39,104 bases of DNA from the IMG/VR virus record IMGVR_UViG_3300033146_002620, positions 1-39,104 of that record. The stretch is one strand, 5' to 3'. The translations under genes were made by a program, and so were the position numbers. Position 1 is the first letter of the stretch. The number at the start of each line of letters is the position of its first letter. This DNA is from a virus (lineage: Duplodnaviria; Caudoviricetes). Below are positions 8,769 through 19,043 of this stretch, piece after piece. The notes under the pieces are model-generated. The model was not told the origin of the DNA and searched no databases. It saw only the letters and a program-made list of their open reading frames with translations.

Positions 8769-10379
8769 ATGGGAGCATATGCAAGAGATGGATATAGTTG
8801 TGAACTAAATTTTTTAACATCTATACCATTTTTTTATAATAATAATGATAGAGATAATATTTGGAATCAATTACAAGGTACATTAGATATTTCAAATGAT
8901 GGTACTGTTAATTTATCACCAGACCAAAAAGATCCAAAAATAGTAACAGTTTTTAAAAATTCAGACACTAACCGTGATTTAAAAAATTATTATAAAGATA
9001 CAATATATTCACAAGAAAATAATGGGAATCCCTATATAAAATTATTAAATGATTTTAGTTTACCTAAATTTGAAGCTGTTCATATTGATTCTGCTGATTT
9101 TGCATATCTTAGTGATTTAGGGGTATATCCAATAAATAGATTGTGGATATTAAGAAGATTTAGAGAATATGATGTTGTACCAGATAATCTATTAGATTGG
9201 GATAAAGATTCAAATCCACCATATCCAATCGCTACATTAATTGGTTGGATACCACCAGGGGATAATGATTTTTTTGGTGTTGATTTCAATGAAGGTTGGA
9301 CAACACAAAAAGATAGAATTGATGAAGTATTAACAAAAATGTTGAAAGCTGAATTTGGTATGAAGTCAGATAAAGTATTATCTGTTCCTGGTTGGGGACA
9401 AGGTATGTTAATGGCATTTTTACATACTATGGGTGCTAGTAATTTTACATCTGATGAAATACCATTTGGTAATCCAAATGTATTAGATGTTGCTGCAACA
9501 AGAGTTGGTGGTGACCCAAATGCAATAGGTTACAATTTATCATCATCTATTGCAGTTACATTAAAAACATCATTTGAGCAAAAGTTTATTGGTGAAGTTG
9601 ATCCAGGATCAGCAATGTTAGATATTTTAGGAAATTTAACAAAAATGGGAACAAGTGATGTAGTTTATATTGCAAATAAAAACGCAGAAATATTTAAGAG
9701 TTTAAGACAAGCAGGTGATGTTGGTAATAGTGGAACATTATGGTTACATTTTATAATTGAATTAATTGATGCTTTTTTTAAAGCAATAAAAATGTTATTG
9801 AATACCATAGGTGATGAATTATCTTCATTAGTATCTACTGACGATACTAATAGTATAAGTGGTGTGACTGGTGATTCAGAAGGAGAAACACTAAATTCAA
9901 CGACATCAAATGAAACAGTAACTGAAACTGGTATTGGGTTGATTGATGATATTATGAAATCTGATTTTATAAAAACAATATTAGCATCTACAACAGCAAA
10001 ATGGAAATGGCCACTTCGTGCTGGTATGGGTGCAATGACTGGTGAAAACACAACACCGTGGCATTTAACTATTGGTAATCCATATTCACCGTTTGTATCA
10101 TTAGGAAATATAGTTGTGAAAAAAATAGATGTTAAATTTAAAAATGATTTATCTTATAATGATATGCCAAAAAAAATAGATGTCAATACAACTGTTGAAT
10201 TAGGTAGACCATTAGGTGCACAAGAAATATTTGGGATGTTTAATAATGGATATAATAGAGTATATGATAAAAAGAGGAAACAAGAAATGTCAACAACGAA
10301 TATTTATAGGAAAAATGAAGGTTCTGGTAATAGTAAATTTATGTCAGAAACAAGAGTATCTACCCCAAAAAATAAATAA
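8769..10379 (+). CDS. Putative baseplate/tail-tube initiator protein (gp48/gp54-like)
   Basis: The C-terminal PWHLTIGNP..P..SLGN.VV..IDV......DMP...DV..TVE.GRP pattern is typical of tube-fold proteins. It is the first gene before the LysM, hub and gp5-like genes. Confidence 0.55.
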   Translation: MGAYARDGYSCELNFLTSIPFFYNNNDRDNIWNQLQGTLDISNDGTVNLSPDQKDPKIVTVFKNSDTNRDLKNYYKDTIYSQENNGNPYIKLLNDFSLPKFEAVHIDSADFAYLSDLGVYPINRLWILRRFREYDVVPDNLLDWDKDSNPPYPIATLIGWIPPGDNDFFGVDFNEGWTTQKDRIDEVLTKMLKAEFGMKSDKVLSVPGWGQGMLMAFLHTMGASNFTSDEIPFGNPNVLDVAATRVGGDPNAIGYNLSSSIAVTLKTSFEQKFIGEVDPGSAMLDILGNLTKMGTSDVVYIANKNAEIFKSLRQAGDVGNSGTLWLHFIIELIDAFFKAIKMLLNTIGDELSSLVSTDDTNSISGVTGDSEGETLNSTTSNETVTETGIGLIDDIMKSDFIKTILASTTAKWKWPLRAGMGAMTGENTTPWHLTIGNPYSPFVSLGNIVVKKIDVKFKNDLSYNDMPKKIDVNTTVELGRPLGAQEIFGMFNNGYNRVYDKKRKQEMSTTNIYRKNEGSGNSKFMSETRVSTPKNK

Positions 10380-10385
10380 TAAAAT

Positions 10386-10844
10386 ATGAGTAGTTTTACA
10401 TTAAAAAATATTAAGAGAGATAAATCACAAAATAATTTATATGATTTATTTTCACAAACTTATATAGATAATAACACGGAACAAAAATTTTTAACATTCG
10501 TAACCGAAGATGAAAATATGAGATTAGATTTAGTATCAAAAAGAATTTATGGTTCTAATGGGTACATCGAAGAATTGATGCAATTAAATAATATAATAAA
10601 TATTTGGAATATTAAAAAAGGAGATACAATATATTATTTAAAAATAAATGTTATATCTATATTAAAAAAACTTGAATTAGAATTAGATAATATAGCTGAA
10701 ACATTAAGTAAACCAAATAAAAATACTCGTATTGATCCAGATAGAATTGTTAAAGTACCACCAACAATAAAACCAAAATCATTAGAAACAATTATACTAG
10801 ACACTAAAAACAATAAAATCAAAATTAATAATAGATTATCATGA
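10386..10844 (+). CDS. Baseplate wedge LysM-like protein (gp53-like)
   Basis: MRLDLVSKRIYGS...ELMQLNNIINIWNIKKGDTIY. Confidence 0.75.
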   Translation: MSSFTLKNIKRDKSQNNLYDLFSQTYIDNNTEQKFLTFVTEDENMRLDLVSKRIYGSNGYIEELMQLNNIINIWNIKKGDTIYYLKINVISILKKLELELDNIAETLSKPNKNTRIDPDRIVKVPPTIKPKSLETIILDTKNNKIKINNRLS

Positions 10845-12247
10845 TAGAAATAAAACATCGAGCAAATATTAAAACAATTGAATTAGAATATAATTATTCT
10901 GATGATGTATCTGATGAACACGCAGAAGATCAAAAAGATGAAGTAGGTATTATGCCAATTGTTTATATTAATAAACAAAATATTGATAGTTCAAATATTA
11001 ACTTATTAAAAATATATAACAATAAAATATACCCTATGATTGAGTTAGAATTTTATGATGCTACAAATGAAATTATAATGAAAAAATATTTACCAGATGA
11101 AAGTATTATATCTGTTTTTAAAAAATCAACATCATCAATATTGATGGATATTAGAATGGATTTCAAAGTAACCGAAGTTAAAATAATAACCGAAGAAAAT
11201 AATAAACAAAAAATAAAATTAGTTGGGATAATAAACATAAATGGCTTATTTCTATATAATATTGAGAGTTATGATAATAGTAGTTATAATACATTAGACG
11301 AATTATCAAAAGATATGGAATTAGGATTTTCTTCTAATATATCTGACACTAATGATAAAATGGTTTGGTTAAACCCCAGTGAAATAAGATTAGAATTTAT
11401 AAAAAATATAATAGAACATTCATATATAGATGATACTACATATTTATTTGGGTATATTGATTTCTATTATAACTTTAATTATATTGATATAAATAAACAA
11501 ATAAATTCTAATATATCAGAACAGATGAATATTGATGAAGCAGAACAAATAACTAAAACAACTGAATCTAATGAACCAGTTCCACTTATATTAACTAATC
11601 ACGATAATAATACATCAACAAATATGTATATATCTAAATATAATATTATTCAAGACTCAACAAAAAATAACATAAACTTGGGATATAGATATAAATATAA
11701 TATATTTAATAAATCAAAAAATGATATTACAAAATATAATATTGATTCTATTACTGATAGTGATAATAAAATACCATTAAAAGGAAACCCATATATAGAA
11801 GACACCACATTATATGATAAATCAATAAAAACAGTATGGTTAGGAAAAATAGATATTGATAATGTTCATGAAAACTATTTATATAGCAAATTACAAAATA
11901 GAAATAACTTATATTTTACTCAAAATTTAAAGATGGTTATTAAACTGAAAAAACCAAATTATGGGTTATATAGATTCCAAAAAGTGTTATTAGAATTATA
12001 TAATAACACCAATACAGATAAAGAAAATAAAGTAACTAAAGTTAAGGGTGGTAATATAAAAGAATATGATATAACAACAGATGTTGATGGTGATAAAAAA
12101 TCAAAGATAATACATAAATTGTCAGGTGAATGGTTAATCACAGCAATAAATTTCATATTTGATAAAAATGGAAATAACCAAGAAATAACATTAATAAAGA
12201 GAGAATTAACTGAGGAATATACATTCCCTAGAAATAAAAAAGAATAA
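10841..12247 (+). CDS. Putative baseplate hub protein (gp27-like)
   Basis: C-terminal LSGEWLITAINFIF...QEITLIKRE; ATGA-coupled to the gp53-like gene. Confidence 0.6.
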   Translation: MIEIKHRANIKTIELEYNYSDDVSDEHAEDQKDEVGIMPIVYINKQNIDSSNINLLKIYNNKIYPMIELEFYDATNEIIMKKYLPDESIISVFKKSTSSILMDIRMDFKVTEVKIITEENNKQKIKLVGIININGLFLYNIESYDNSSYNTLDELSKDMELGFSSNISDTNDKMVWLNPSEIRLEFIKNIIEHSYIDDTTYLFGYIDFYYNFNYIDINKQINSNISEQMNIDEAEQITKTTESNEPVPLILTNHDNNTSTNMYISKYNIIQDSTKNNINLGYRYKYNIFNKSKNDITKYNIDSITDSDNKIPLKGNPYIEDTTLYDKSIKTVWLGKIDIDNVHENYLYSKLQNRNNLYFTQNLKMVIKLKKPNYGLYRFQKVLLELYNNTNTDKENKVTKVKGGNIKEYDITTDVDGDKKSKIIHKLSGEWLITAINFIFDKNGNNQEITLIKRELTEEYTFPRNKKE

Positions 12248-12254
12248 ATATATT

Positions 12255-13886
12255 ATGGGACCATATGAAGATATGAAGAAAGAATTAAAAGATAAAATAA
12301 ATAAGGATCTTTATGGTAATACAGATATTCCTAAAATCGAACCTAAACCAATAAGTAGTATTGGTGTAGATAATAAGATGGTATTACCTAAACCAATCGT
12401 AATTAAACCATATTCAAATGTTGATTTCATTGAGCCTGAAAAAAAAGAAATAGGGTATTTAGAAAATTACTTAGACCACAAATTAGTTGAAATTAAAAAA
12501 TTTGAAGAAAGTAAAAAAAATATAAAAGAAACTCCACATTATTGGAAAGATATTAAAGATGATAAATTATATGAATATGTTGTTGAAGATTCAATTGATA
12601 AAGAAAATATAAAAGAAAAATGGCCAAATGATACATTATTTGATTTCTTATATAGTATTGATGAATATCAAGACCCAACATATTTGGGGTTTAATTTAAT
12701 GATTGATAAAACTGAATCATCAATGTTTAATTTTGATCAAGGATTTGATATTGGACAAGCATCAACTGCTTTAAAATTTATTCAAAAATATCATAATATA
12801 ACTGAAATTGCTCAAAGAGAAAATATATTATTCACCTTTTTAAATCAACTTACTTCAATATTTCAAACATTACCAGCATCAAATAATACAAATAAAAAAT
12901 ATTATATTCAAACTATTACTGGTTTACAAAAACTAAATAAACCAATAATAAAATATGGTGATGATATTTTAGAAATAACATTAAATGAAGATGTGTCATT
13001 GAGAACACAATATTTAATAGAATTATATAAAAACTTATTATATGATTTTAAAAATAAAAGAGAAGTTATACCAGAAAATGCATTAAGATTTAATATGTAT
13101 GTAAAAATATCTGATATTAGAGATTTTAAGGTAGAAAACCCAACATATGACCCAGATAATGACAACAAACGAGAAAAATTTATTAAAATGATACCAAATG
13201 CAGGAGAAACAGCATTAGTTTATAAATTATATGATTGTAATTTTGTGATTGATGATAGTATGATAACACATGAAGATACTATTTCTATTGGTGGTTGGGA
13301 AACATTTAATAGTGGAAATATGAATAATGTTAAAATAAAAATAAAATATAAATCAGTATCAAGAGTTTTAAAATCAAATTTAATAGATAAACAATATTTG
13401 GTTGAATTAAATACTCATAATTTATCTGGATTATATCGAACTGGAGATGTATCATTTGCTGATATGAAGCACAATAATGATTATAAATATTTAAGTTTGG
13501 TTGAAAATGGTACTAAAAAACCATTAAAAAATAAAAAGAAAACAATAAAAAAAATAACAGAAATACAAGAAAACCCTATTGATAAATTTTTTAATAAAAA
13601 GAAAGATATGGTCACAAAAACATTGAAAAAGAATATAAAAACCGGTAAAAATGAATTAATAGCTAAATTTGATGAAATTAGAGGGCAATTAATAACAGAA
13701 ATTGTTAGTGAAGTTCGAGATACTACAAAACTACCTAAAATATACCCAGAGAATATATATTCAACAGATTTTAGAAAATTATCAATAAAAAACTTTACTA
13801 TGGGGTTGGCTTCAAGTTTACAAAATGACTTATTAGATGAAAATGATATTTTTAGTGCAACTGATATTACAAAAAAATTACGTTAA
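12255..13886 (+). CDS. Putative virion (tail/baseplate) structural protein
   Basis: 543 aa ORF inside the baseplate cluster with DPTYLGF, YYIQTITGL and PENALRFNMYV segments; no firm family call. Confidence 0.5.
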   Translation: MGPYEDMKKELKDKINKDLYGNTDIPKIEPKPISSIGVDNKMVLPKPIVIKPYSNVDFIEPEKKEIGYLENYLDHKLVEIKKFEESKKNIKETPHYWKDIKDDKLYEYVVEDSIDKENIKEKWPNDTLFDFLYSIDEYQDPTYLGFNLMIDKTESSMFNFDQGFDIGQASTALKFIQKYHNITEIAQRENILFTFLNQLTSIFQTLPASNNTNKKYYIQTITGLQKLNKPIIKYGDDILEITLNEDVSLRTQYLIELYKNLLYDFKNKREVIPENALRFNMYVKISDIRDFKVENPTYDPDNDNKREKFIKMIPNAGETALVYKLYDCNFVIDDSMITHEDTISIGGWETFNSGNMNNVKIKIKYKSVSRVLKSNLIDKQYLVELNTHNLSGLYRTGDVSFADMKHNNDYKYLSLVENGTKKPLKNKKKTIKKITEIQENPIDKFFNKKKDMVTKTLKKNIKTGKNELIAKFDEIRGQLITEIVSEVRDTTKLPKIYPENIYSTDFRKLSIKNFTMGLASSLQNDLLDENDIFSATDITKKLR

Positions 13887-13925
13887 AATAATGATACATA
13901 TAGTTAATAAAAAATAATATAAATA

Positions 13926-15605
13926 ATGTTTGATAATAAATTAAATTTAAATAATAAAATATTCGTTGGTGTTGTTGAAGATGTTAATGATAGTAAACGA
14001 AAAGGTAGGATAAAAGTTAGAGTACAAACCCTATTTGATGATTTACCAATAGAACATATACCATGGGCTGAACCACAAAGAAGTTTAGATGGTAAAAGTT
14101 TTTGTGTTCCAGCTATTGGTAAATTAGTAAATATTGTATTTAATAATGGTAATATATATGATCCAAAATATATTTATAGTGAAAATTATAACACAAATTT
14201 ACAACAAAAATTAAATGATTTGAGTGATGATGAATATAAGAATTTCTATGCAATATTATTAGACCATAGAACTCAAATATATTCTGATGATACTAATTTA
14301 GTTATGGATTATAAATTTAATAAAATGACTATATCAAATGATGATATAAATATTATTTTAAAGGATAATGACCAAACACTTAATTTGGGTGGATATGATG
14401 CATCAGAAAGTGCTATGTTAGGTGATCATTTTTTAGAATGGTTTGATGATTTTATGAGTGCATTATTAAAACCATCATCATTAATTGGTAATTTTTCTGC
14501 ACCTATATTAAAGCCAGAAGTTGATATGCAAATATCAAAATATCAAGCACTTAGAAGCACATTTTTATCAAAACACGTTAAAATTGTTGATAATGGATCA
14601 TGTTATAATGAATCAGAAAATAGGAAAAATGCACCAGCACAAGATGATGATGTAGCTATTAATGATAAAAAAATATTAGAAAGTGAAGATAATAACGAAT
14701 TAAAGAAAAAAATAGAAAAAAATAGAGAAGAAGATAATAAACAAGTAGAAAATTCTAAACCATCTGAAGAAGATAAATTACCAGAAGGTGCAGCATCAGG
14801 TGAAGTAAAAGATGGTGTTATGTATGGTGATTCACACGAAATTGTTAAAGAAATACCAAAAATAAACATAGACACTATTGAGTTAAGTGACCAAGAAAAA
14901 TATATTATAGATAAGAATCAAAAAATTGATGAAAGGAAAAATACTCCAAAAAAAGAATTAATAATAGATTATCCAGAAGGTAATCCATATAGTGATATTT
15001 GGTATGGTTCAAAATCATCGTCAACTGATTTTAGTGCTGTTAAAATAAATAAAACATATGGAGATTTTACAACAGATAGCTCTAATAACCCTATTAATGC
15101 TGCAAATTATAGTGACAAAGATAGAAAATTTCAAAAGAAAAAAACATTAAAAGATGGCACAATAATTAAAAATGGTGAAATAGATCAAAAATATTTAGCT
15201 GCTGTTGATACTCTAACAATAAAAAATAAAAAAGCAACAATATTTTTGGAATCTAATGCTGCAATCGCTTTTTCTAAATTAAATGATGAAGTTATAGAAA
15301 AATTTGGTAAACCATTAGATATAACTGGAAATGCATCTCATTATAGAACATTTAATACACAATATACGTTTTTTAAAAAATATAAACCTGGTTATGCTGC
15401 TAAACCTGGTACATCTGGTCACGGTTGGGGGTTGTGTTGTGATATAACTAATTTTGGTGGTAAAATAAAATTTGATAGTGATATATTTAAATTTTTAGAA
15501 AAAGAAGGAAAAAAATATCATATTGTTAATCCACAGTGGGCAAAATCTAATAAGAAACCAATTGAACCGTGGCATTGGGCTTATGTTGGTCCAGCTTGGA
15601 AATAA
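13926..15605 (+). CDS. gp5-like baseplate spike protein: N-terminal OB-fold plus C-terminal M15 (VanY-like) Zn peptidase
   Basis: FVGVVEDVNDSKRKGRIKVRV...IPWA...VPAIGKLVNIVF forms the OB-fold. YRT...AAKPGTSGHGWGLCCD...EPWHW gives the M15 SxHxxGxxxD and ExWH motifs. Confidence 0.85.
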   Translation: MFDNKLNLNNKIFVGVVEDVNDSKRKGRIKVRVQTLFDDLPIEHIPWAEPQRSLDGKSFCVPAIGKLVNIVFNNGNIYDPKYIYSENYNTNLQQKLNDLSDDEYKNFYAILLDHRTQIYSDDTNLVMDYKFNKMTISNDDINIILKDNDQTLNLGGYDASESAMLGDHFLEWFDDFMSALLKPSSLIGNFSAPILKPEVDMQISKYQALRSTFLSKHVKIVDNGSCYNESENRKNAPAQDDDVAINDKKILESEDNNELKKKIEKNREEDNKQVENSKPSEEDKLPEGAASGEVKDGVMYGDSHEIVKEIPKINIDTIELSDQEKYIIDKNQKIDERKNTPKKELIIDYPEGNPYSDIWYGSKSSSTDFSAVKINKTYGDFTTDSSNNPINAANYSDKDRKFQKKKTLKDGTIIKNGEIDQKYLAAVDTLTIKNKKATIFLESNAAIAFSKLNDEVIEKFGKPLDITGNASHYRTFNTQYTFFKKYKPGYAAKPGTSGHGWGLCCDITNFGGKIKFDSDIFKFLEKEGKKYHIVNPQWAKSNKKPIEPWHWAYVGPAWK

Positions 15606-15618
15606 TGATAATTTTTTT

Positions 15619-15628
15619 TTTATATATA
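15619..15628 (+). promoter_or_regulatory. Candidate late promoter TTTATATATA
   Basis: Lies 4 nt upstream of the ATG at 15633. Confidence 0.5.
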
Positions 15629-15632
15629 GTAT

Positions 15633-15971
15633 ATGAAAAATATTATAGCATTTAATGATTTTATGGTTGAATATGTCACAATTAACCAAGGAGCAAATTT
15701 ATCACTTGATTTTAATCCACCACAAAATAAATATGATGGTGGTGATGGACCAAGTTCAGAACAAATTCCAGATAAAACGAATAAAACTGTTAAATATATT
15801 AAGAAATTTAGAGGGGTTAAAAAAAATCAAAAAATTAAAATAAAAAAATCAACAAACGATAAAATAAACAAAATGACAAATAATTTAACAAATACTAGTG
15901 TTTTTGGAAATAATGGTCAAGGTAATTCTCCTGGGGGTGGGGGTGCAGATTATACGTTACAAGGTTTTTAA
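15633..15971 (+). CDS. Putative internal head protein (capsid-targeting-like leader)
   Basis: MKNIIAFNDFMVE leader followed by a G/N/K-rich disordered body. Confidence 0.55.
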   Translation: MKNIIAFNDFMVEYVTINQGANLSLDFNPPQNKYDGGDGPSSEQIPDKTNKTVKYIKKFRGVKKNQKIKIKKSTNDKINKMTNNLTNTSVFGNNGQGNSPGGGGADYTLQGF

Positions 15972-15989
15972 TAAAAAATATCATAAAAA

Positions 15990-16394
15990 ATGGAAAAATA
16001 TACAAAGAAATACAAAAAATTTTTACATGAAAATTTAGAAGATAAATTTGTTGACAAATTATCAGAAGAATATTCGTCATTAAAAAAAGGAATATTATCA
16101 TTGTTAGATAAATCAGTTGAAAATTCAGATGAATTAGTTAATTTACAAAATTATATAAATAAAAGTAGTGAAGATTTAGATTCTAATATTTTGATTGGGT
16201 TTGTAGATGATGGTGATATATTTGATTTTTATTTATTATATCAATCAGATATTGATGAATTATGTAATAATAATAATTGGTTTTCAAAAACACCAATAGA
16301 GGAAAATATATTTAGTTTATATGAATATATTATGAGTGGAACTAAATTTGCAGTAAAACAATGTTTAAAAATTTTAAAAAAAGAATTATTTTAA
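15990..16394 (+). CDS. Putative internal head protein (capsid-targeting-like leader)
   Basis: MEKYTKKYKKFLHEN leader. Confidence 0.6.
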   Translation: MEKYTKKYKKFLHENLEDKFVDKLSEEYSSLKKGILSLLDKSVENSDELVNLQNYINKSSEDLDSNILIGFVDDGDIFDFYLLYQSDIDELCNNNNWFSKTPIEENIFSLYEYIMSGTKFAVKQCLKILKKELF

Positions 16395-16395
16395 T

Positions 16396-16821
16396 ATGAA
16401 TCATGTAGATAATATGATTATTTTTTTTTAAAAAGCAGAAAAAAATGGTTATATCACAATTAATAAAGATATAAACCAATTAATGACAAAGTGGAGCGAA
16501 TATTCAAAATTAACACATTTTGAGTATATAGTTATTCATAATGCATCATTTATATCAGAATATGATAAAGAACAAATGAGTGATTACATCAAACAATTTA
16601 AAAAATTAGGAATAAATACTGAAAATTTAGATAAAAATATTAAAGGTTTTTATAGATATTATAAAATACCATATGAAATGGATATGTTTATTAGAGATAA
16701 GGATGATGAAAATATAGATAAATTATATGATGAAATGGATTTATTAGAACCTATATATAATGACTTTATTAATGATTTAAAGGATATAACTATTGAAGCC
16801 AAAGAAAAAATCAATTTATAA
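16396..16821 (+). CDS. Hypothetical protein; in-frame TAA at 16429-16431 (or start at 16483)
   Basis: The ATG at 16396, 1 nt after the previous stop, is in frame with ORF 16483-16821: MNHVDNMIIFF*KAEKNGY... Confidence 0.55.
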
Positions 16822-17266
16822 CTTTACCTATAACTTCAAATTTTTTACTTATTGTGTTTGTTCCACCAACAATATAAAATTCTATAATTTCATTTTCTAT
16901 AATTTCATTATTATCATTTAATCGAAATGCTTGTATTATAATACTTTCGTGTATTGTGTCGTGTAATCCTTTAAACTCTGATCTTGTTGTTTTGTTTTTC
17001 ACAACCCATATTGATTTTTTTCTACTAGAATCTATATTTTTTAATGAAATTTTTTTATTAATATTAAATATTTTTCCTTTTGAATATATTGTTTCTATTG
17101 TAGCTATGTTTATATCACAGTCATTTAAATTATATCCAACTTCGGTTATTGATTTTTCATCGTTTTTCCAACGACCATTAATAAATTCTGGTTCACCAAA
17201 AAAAACATCATTTACATTTAATACGTATGTATGTTTTGGTTCAATACTTATTATATCACTTTCCAT
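16811..17266 (-). CDS. Hypothetical protein, probably early and near-leaderless
   Basis: 151 aa ORF with TACCTTTG 4 nt upstream of the ATG. Confidence 0.65.
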   Translation of the reverse strand: MESDIISIEPKHTYVLNVNDVFFGEPEFINGRWKNDEKSITEVGYNLNDCDINIATIETIYSKGKIFNINKKISLKNIDSSRKKSIWVVKNKTTRSEFKGLHDTIHESIIIQAFRLNDNNEIIENEIIEFYIVGGTNTISKKFEVIGKVIN

Positions 17267-17270
17267 ATTG

Positions 17271-17278
17271 CAAAGGTA
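17271..17278 (-). promoter_or_regulatory. Bacteroidota sigmaA -7 element TAnnTTTG (TACCTTTG)
   Basis: The minus strand reads TTACCTTTGCAATATG; a clear -33 element was not found. Confidence 0.5.
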
Positions 17279-17284
17279 ATACTT

Positions 17285-17776
17285 TTATTGCAATTTTTTG
17301 TGATAAATATAATTTATATATGAATATTCGTTATTTTTATTTTTTTTATGTGTATTAATTGTCTCAATGTCCCATTCATTGTTATTTAATTTTGGAAAAT
17401 ATGTATCCCCATCTAAAGTAGTATCAACTACTGTTAAATATATTTTATCCACAATAGATATAAATTGTTTATATATTGATTCACCCCCAATAATATAAAC
17501 ATCTTTTTTATATTTTTTATATGTAAAAACAGCATCATCAATTGATGATACCATTTCTACACCAGATATTTTTTCAGATTTACTGATAACTATATTTATT
17601 CTATTTTTTAATGGTTTAGATGATGGTAGAGAGTAGTATGTGTTTTTCCCCATAACTACTATATTATTCAATGTTAATTCTTTAAATCTCTTTAAATCAT
17701 CTTTTAATGTCCACAATAATTTATTTTTATCACCAATAACATTATTTTCTCCCATTGCTACAATTATTGCTACCAT
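17285..17776 (-). CDS. folA: Dihydrofolate reductase
   Basis: IIVAMGENNVIG..NKLLW, DLKRFKELT, VVMGKNTY.SLP..KPLKNRINIVIS, IIGGESIY and GDTYFP. Confidence 0.95.
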   Translation of the reverse strand: MVAIIVAMGENNVIGDKNKLLWTLKDDLKRFKELTLNNIVVMGKNTYYSLPSSKPLKNRINIVISKSEKISGVEMVSSIDDAVFTYKKYKKDVYIIGGESIYKQFISIVDKIYLTVVDTTLDGDTYFPKLNNNEWDIETINTHKKNKNNEYSYINYIYHKKLQ

Positions 17777-17936
17777 ATAATATTGTTTTTAGTTTTTTTA
17801 TTCGTAATTGTGTTTTTTCATAATCTAATAAAACATCTGCGATTGTCGGATTAACTATCAAAAAATTACCACACCCATATCTCCTATTAATTGATATTTT
17901 ATTTGATAAATCATTTATTTTATCTATCATTTTCAA
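17742..17936 (-). CDS. Small protein resembling a major-capsid-protein segment
   Basis: ISINRRYGCGNFLIVNPTIADVL resembles the gp23 R.GRG.GNF.I.S..V...L motif; C-terminal LRIKKLKTIL. Confidence 0.45.
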   Translation of the reverse strand: MKMIDKINDLSNKISINRRYGCGNFLIVNPTIADVLLDYEKTQLRIKKLKTILYGSNNCSNGRK

Positions 17937-18435
17937 TTAAGAACTATTTTATTATAATGTAATTGAGGTTCAAAACCAAGTGTTGTTATAGCAAATTCTA
18001 TTTCATCACCTTCAAAAGAAGTAGTATTACCAAGTAAAATTATACCAGTATCATCTATATCAACTTTAACACCAATAATAACCTCATTATCATTTAAATA
18101 AACACTTTCAATTATATTTATGTCTTGTAATATTGATTTATTTATATCCATATTATATGGCATGAATATAAACTTTTCTAAATGTTTTTCGTTTTTTAAT
18201 TTTTTTAATTGTATTAAAATAGATTTTTCAAAATTTGTTGTTTTTATTGGTTTCGTTATAATACAATTTATTGTATCAATAAAAATTTTTTCAATAATAT
18301 CAATAACATTATTATTTTTTAATTCTACTTTTCCACAAGATATAGCTTTTTGATATACTAAATCATTTTCTACATATATTATTTTAATGTTATTTAATGT
18401 ATCATATTCTCTTAATCTTATATATTTAAGCTCAT
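17933..18435 (-). CDS. Hypothetical protein with a capsid-protein-like C-terminus; 1-nt frameshift near 18425-18427
   Basis: The frame of ORF 17933-18163 stays open to 18475 without a start codon. The ATG at 18435 joins it if one A is added (MSLKYIRLREYD..., 167 aa). Confidence 0.55.
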
Positions 18436-18465
18436 TTATTTTATTATAATTTATTATATTGGGTG

Positions 18466-18972
18466 TTAATGTTTTTTATTAGTATGACCAATACCACCTG
18501 TTCTAGTTTCATCTGAATTACAATTATCTGATTCTAAAAATCTCATAAATATTCCTTGTGCTATACGTTCACCCATTTCAATAATAACTCCATCTTGTCC
18601 TACATTTCTTAAACATATACCAATATTACCATCATTTGATTCATTAGAAAAATAATCCATATCAATTATTCCTACTTGATTACATAATGTCAAATTTTTC
18701 TTTATGGCTATTGATGATCTTACATATACACTTAAAACTTCTCTTGGTAACATATATGCTTTAATATCTGTCCAAAATAAGTGTTTTCCTCCTGGTTGTA
18801 TAGTTATATTTTCATTAGAATAAAAATCATAACCTGCTGATTTCTTTGTTCCTCTAAGGGGTAACAATACACTATGATGTTCATGTTTTCTAAATTCATC
18901 TTCAACAATTTCAAATCCTCTTACTTTTTGTGGTGGAAGTGTATTTAATATTTCTTCTGCTTTATTATCCAT
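18466..18972 (-). CDS. dut: Trimeric dUTPase
   Basis: Five motifs: SAGYDF, RSS, GIIDMDY, GERIAQG and RTGGIGHT. The start is placed at MDNKAEE because the longer start overlaps a terminator. Confidence 0.93.
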   Translation of the reverse strand: MDNKAEEILNTLPPQKVRGFEIVEDEFRKHEHHSVLLPLRGTKKSAGYDFYSNENITIQPGGKHLFWTDIKAYMLPREVLSVYVRSSIAIKKNLTLCNQVGIIDMDYFSNESNDGNIGICLRNVGQDGVIIEMGERIAQGIFMRFLESDNCNSDETRTGGIGHTNKKH

Positions 18973-18992
18973 TATATTATTTATTATTTTTA

Positions 18993-19025
18993 AAAAAAGA
19001 CACATTATTATAATGTGTCTTTTTT
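18993..19025. terminator. Intrinsic terminator hairpin
   Basis: AAAAAAGACACATTA-TTA-TAATGTGTCTTTTTT perfect inverted repeat. Confidence 0.75.
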
Positions 19026-19043
19026 ATTGTTATTTATTCCTTT

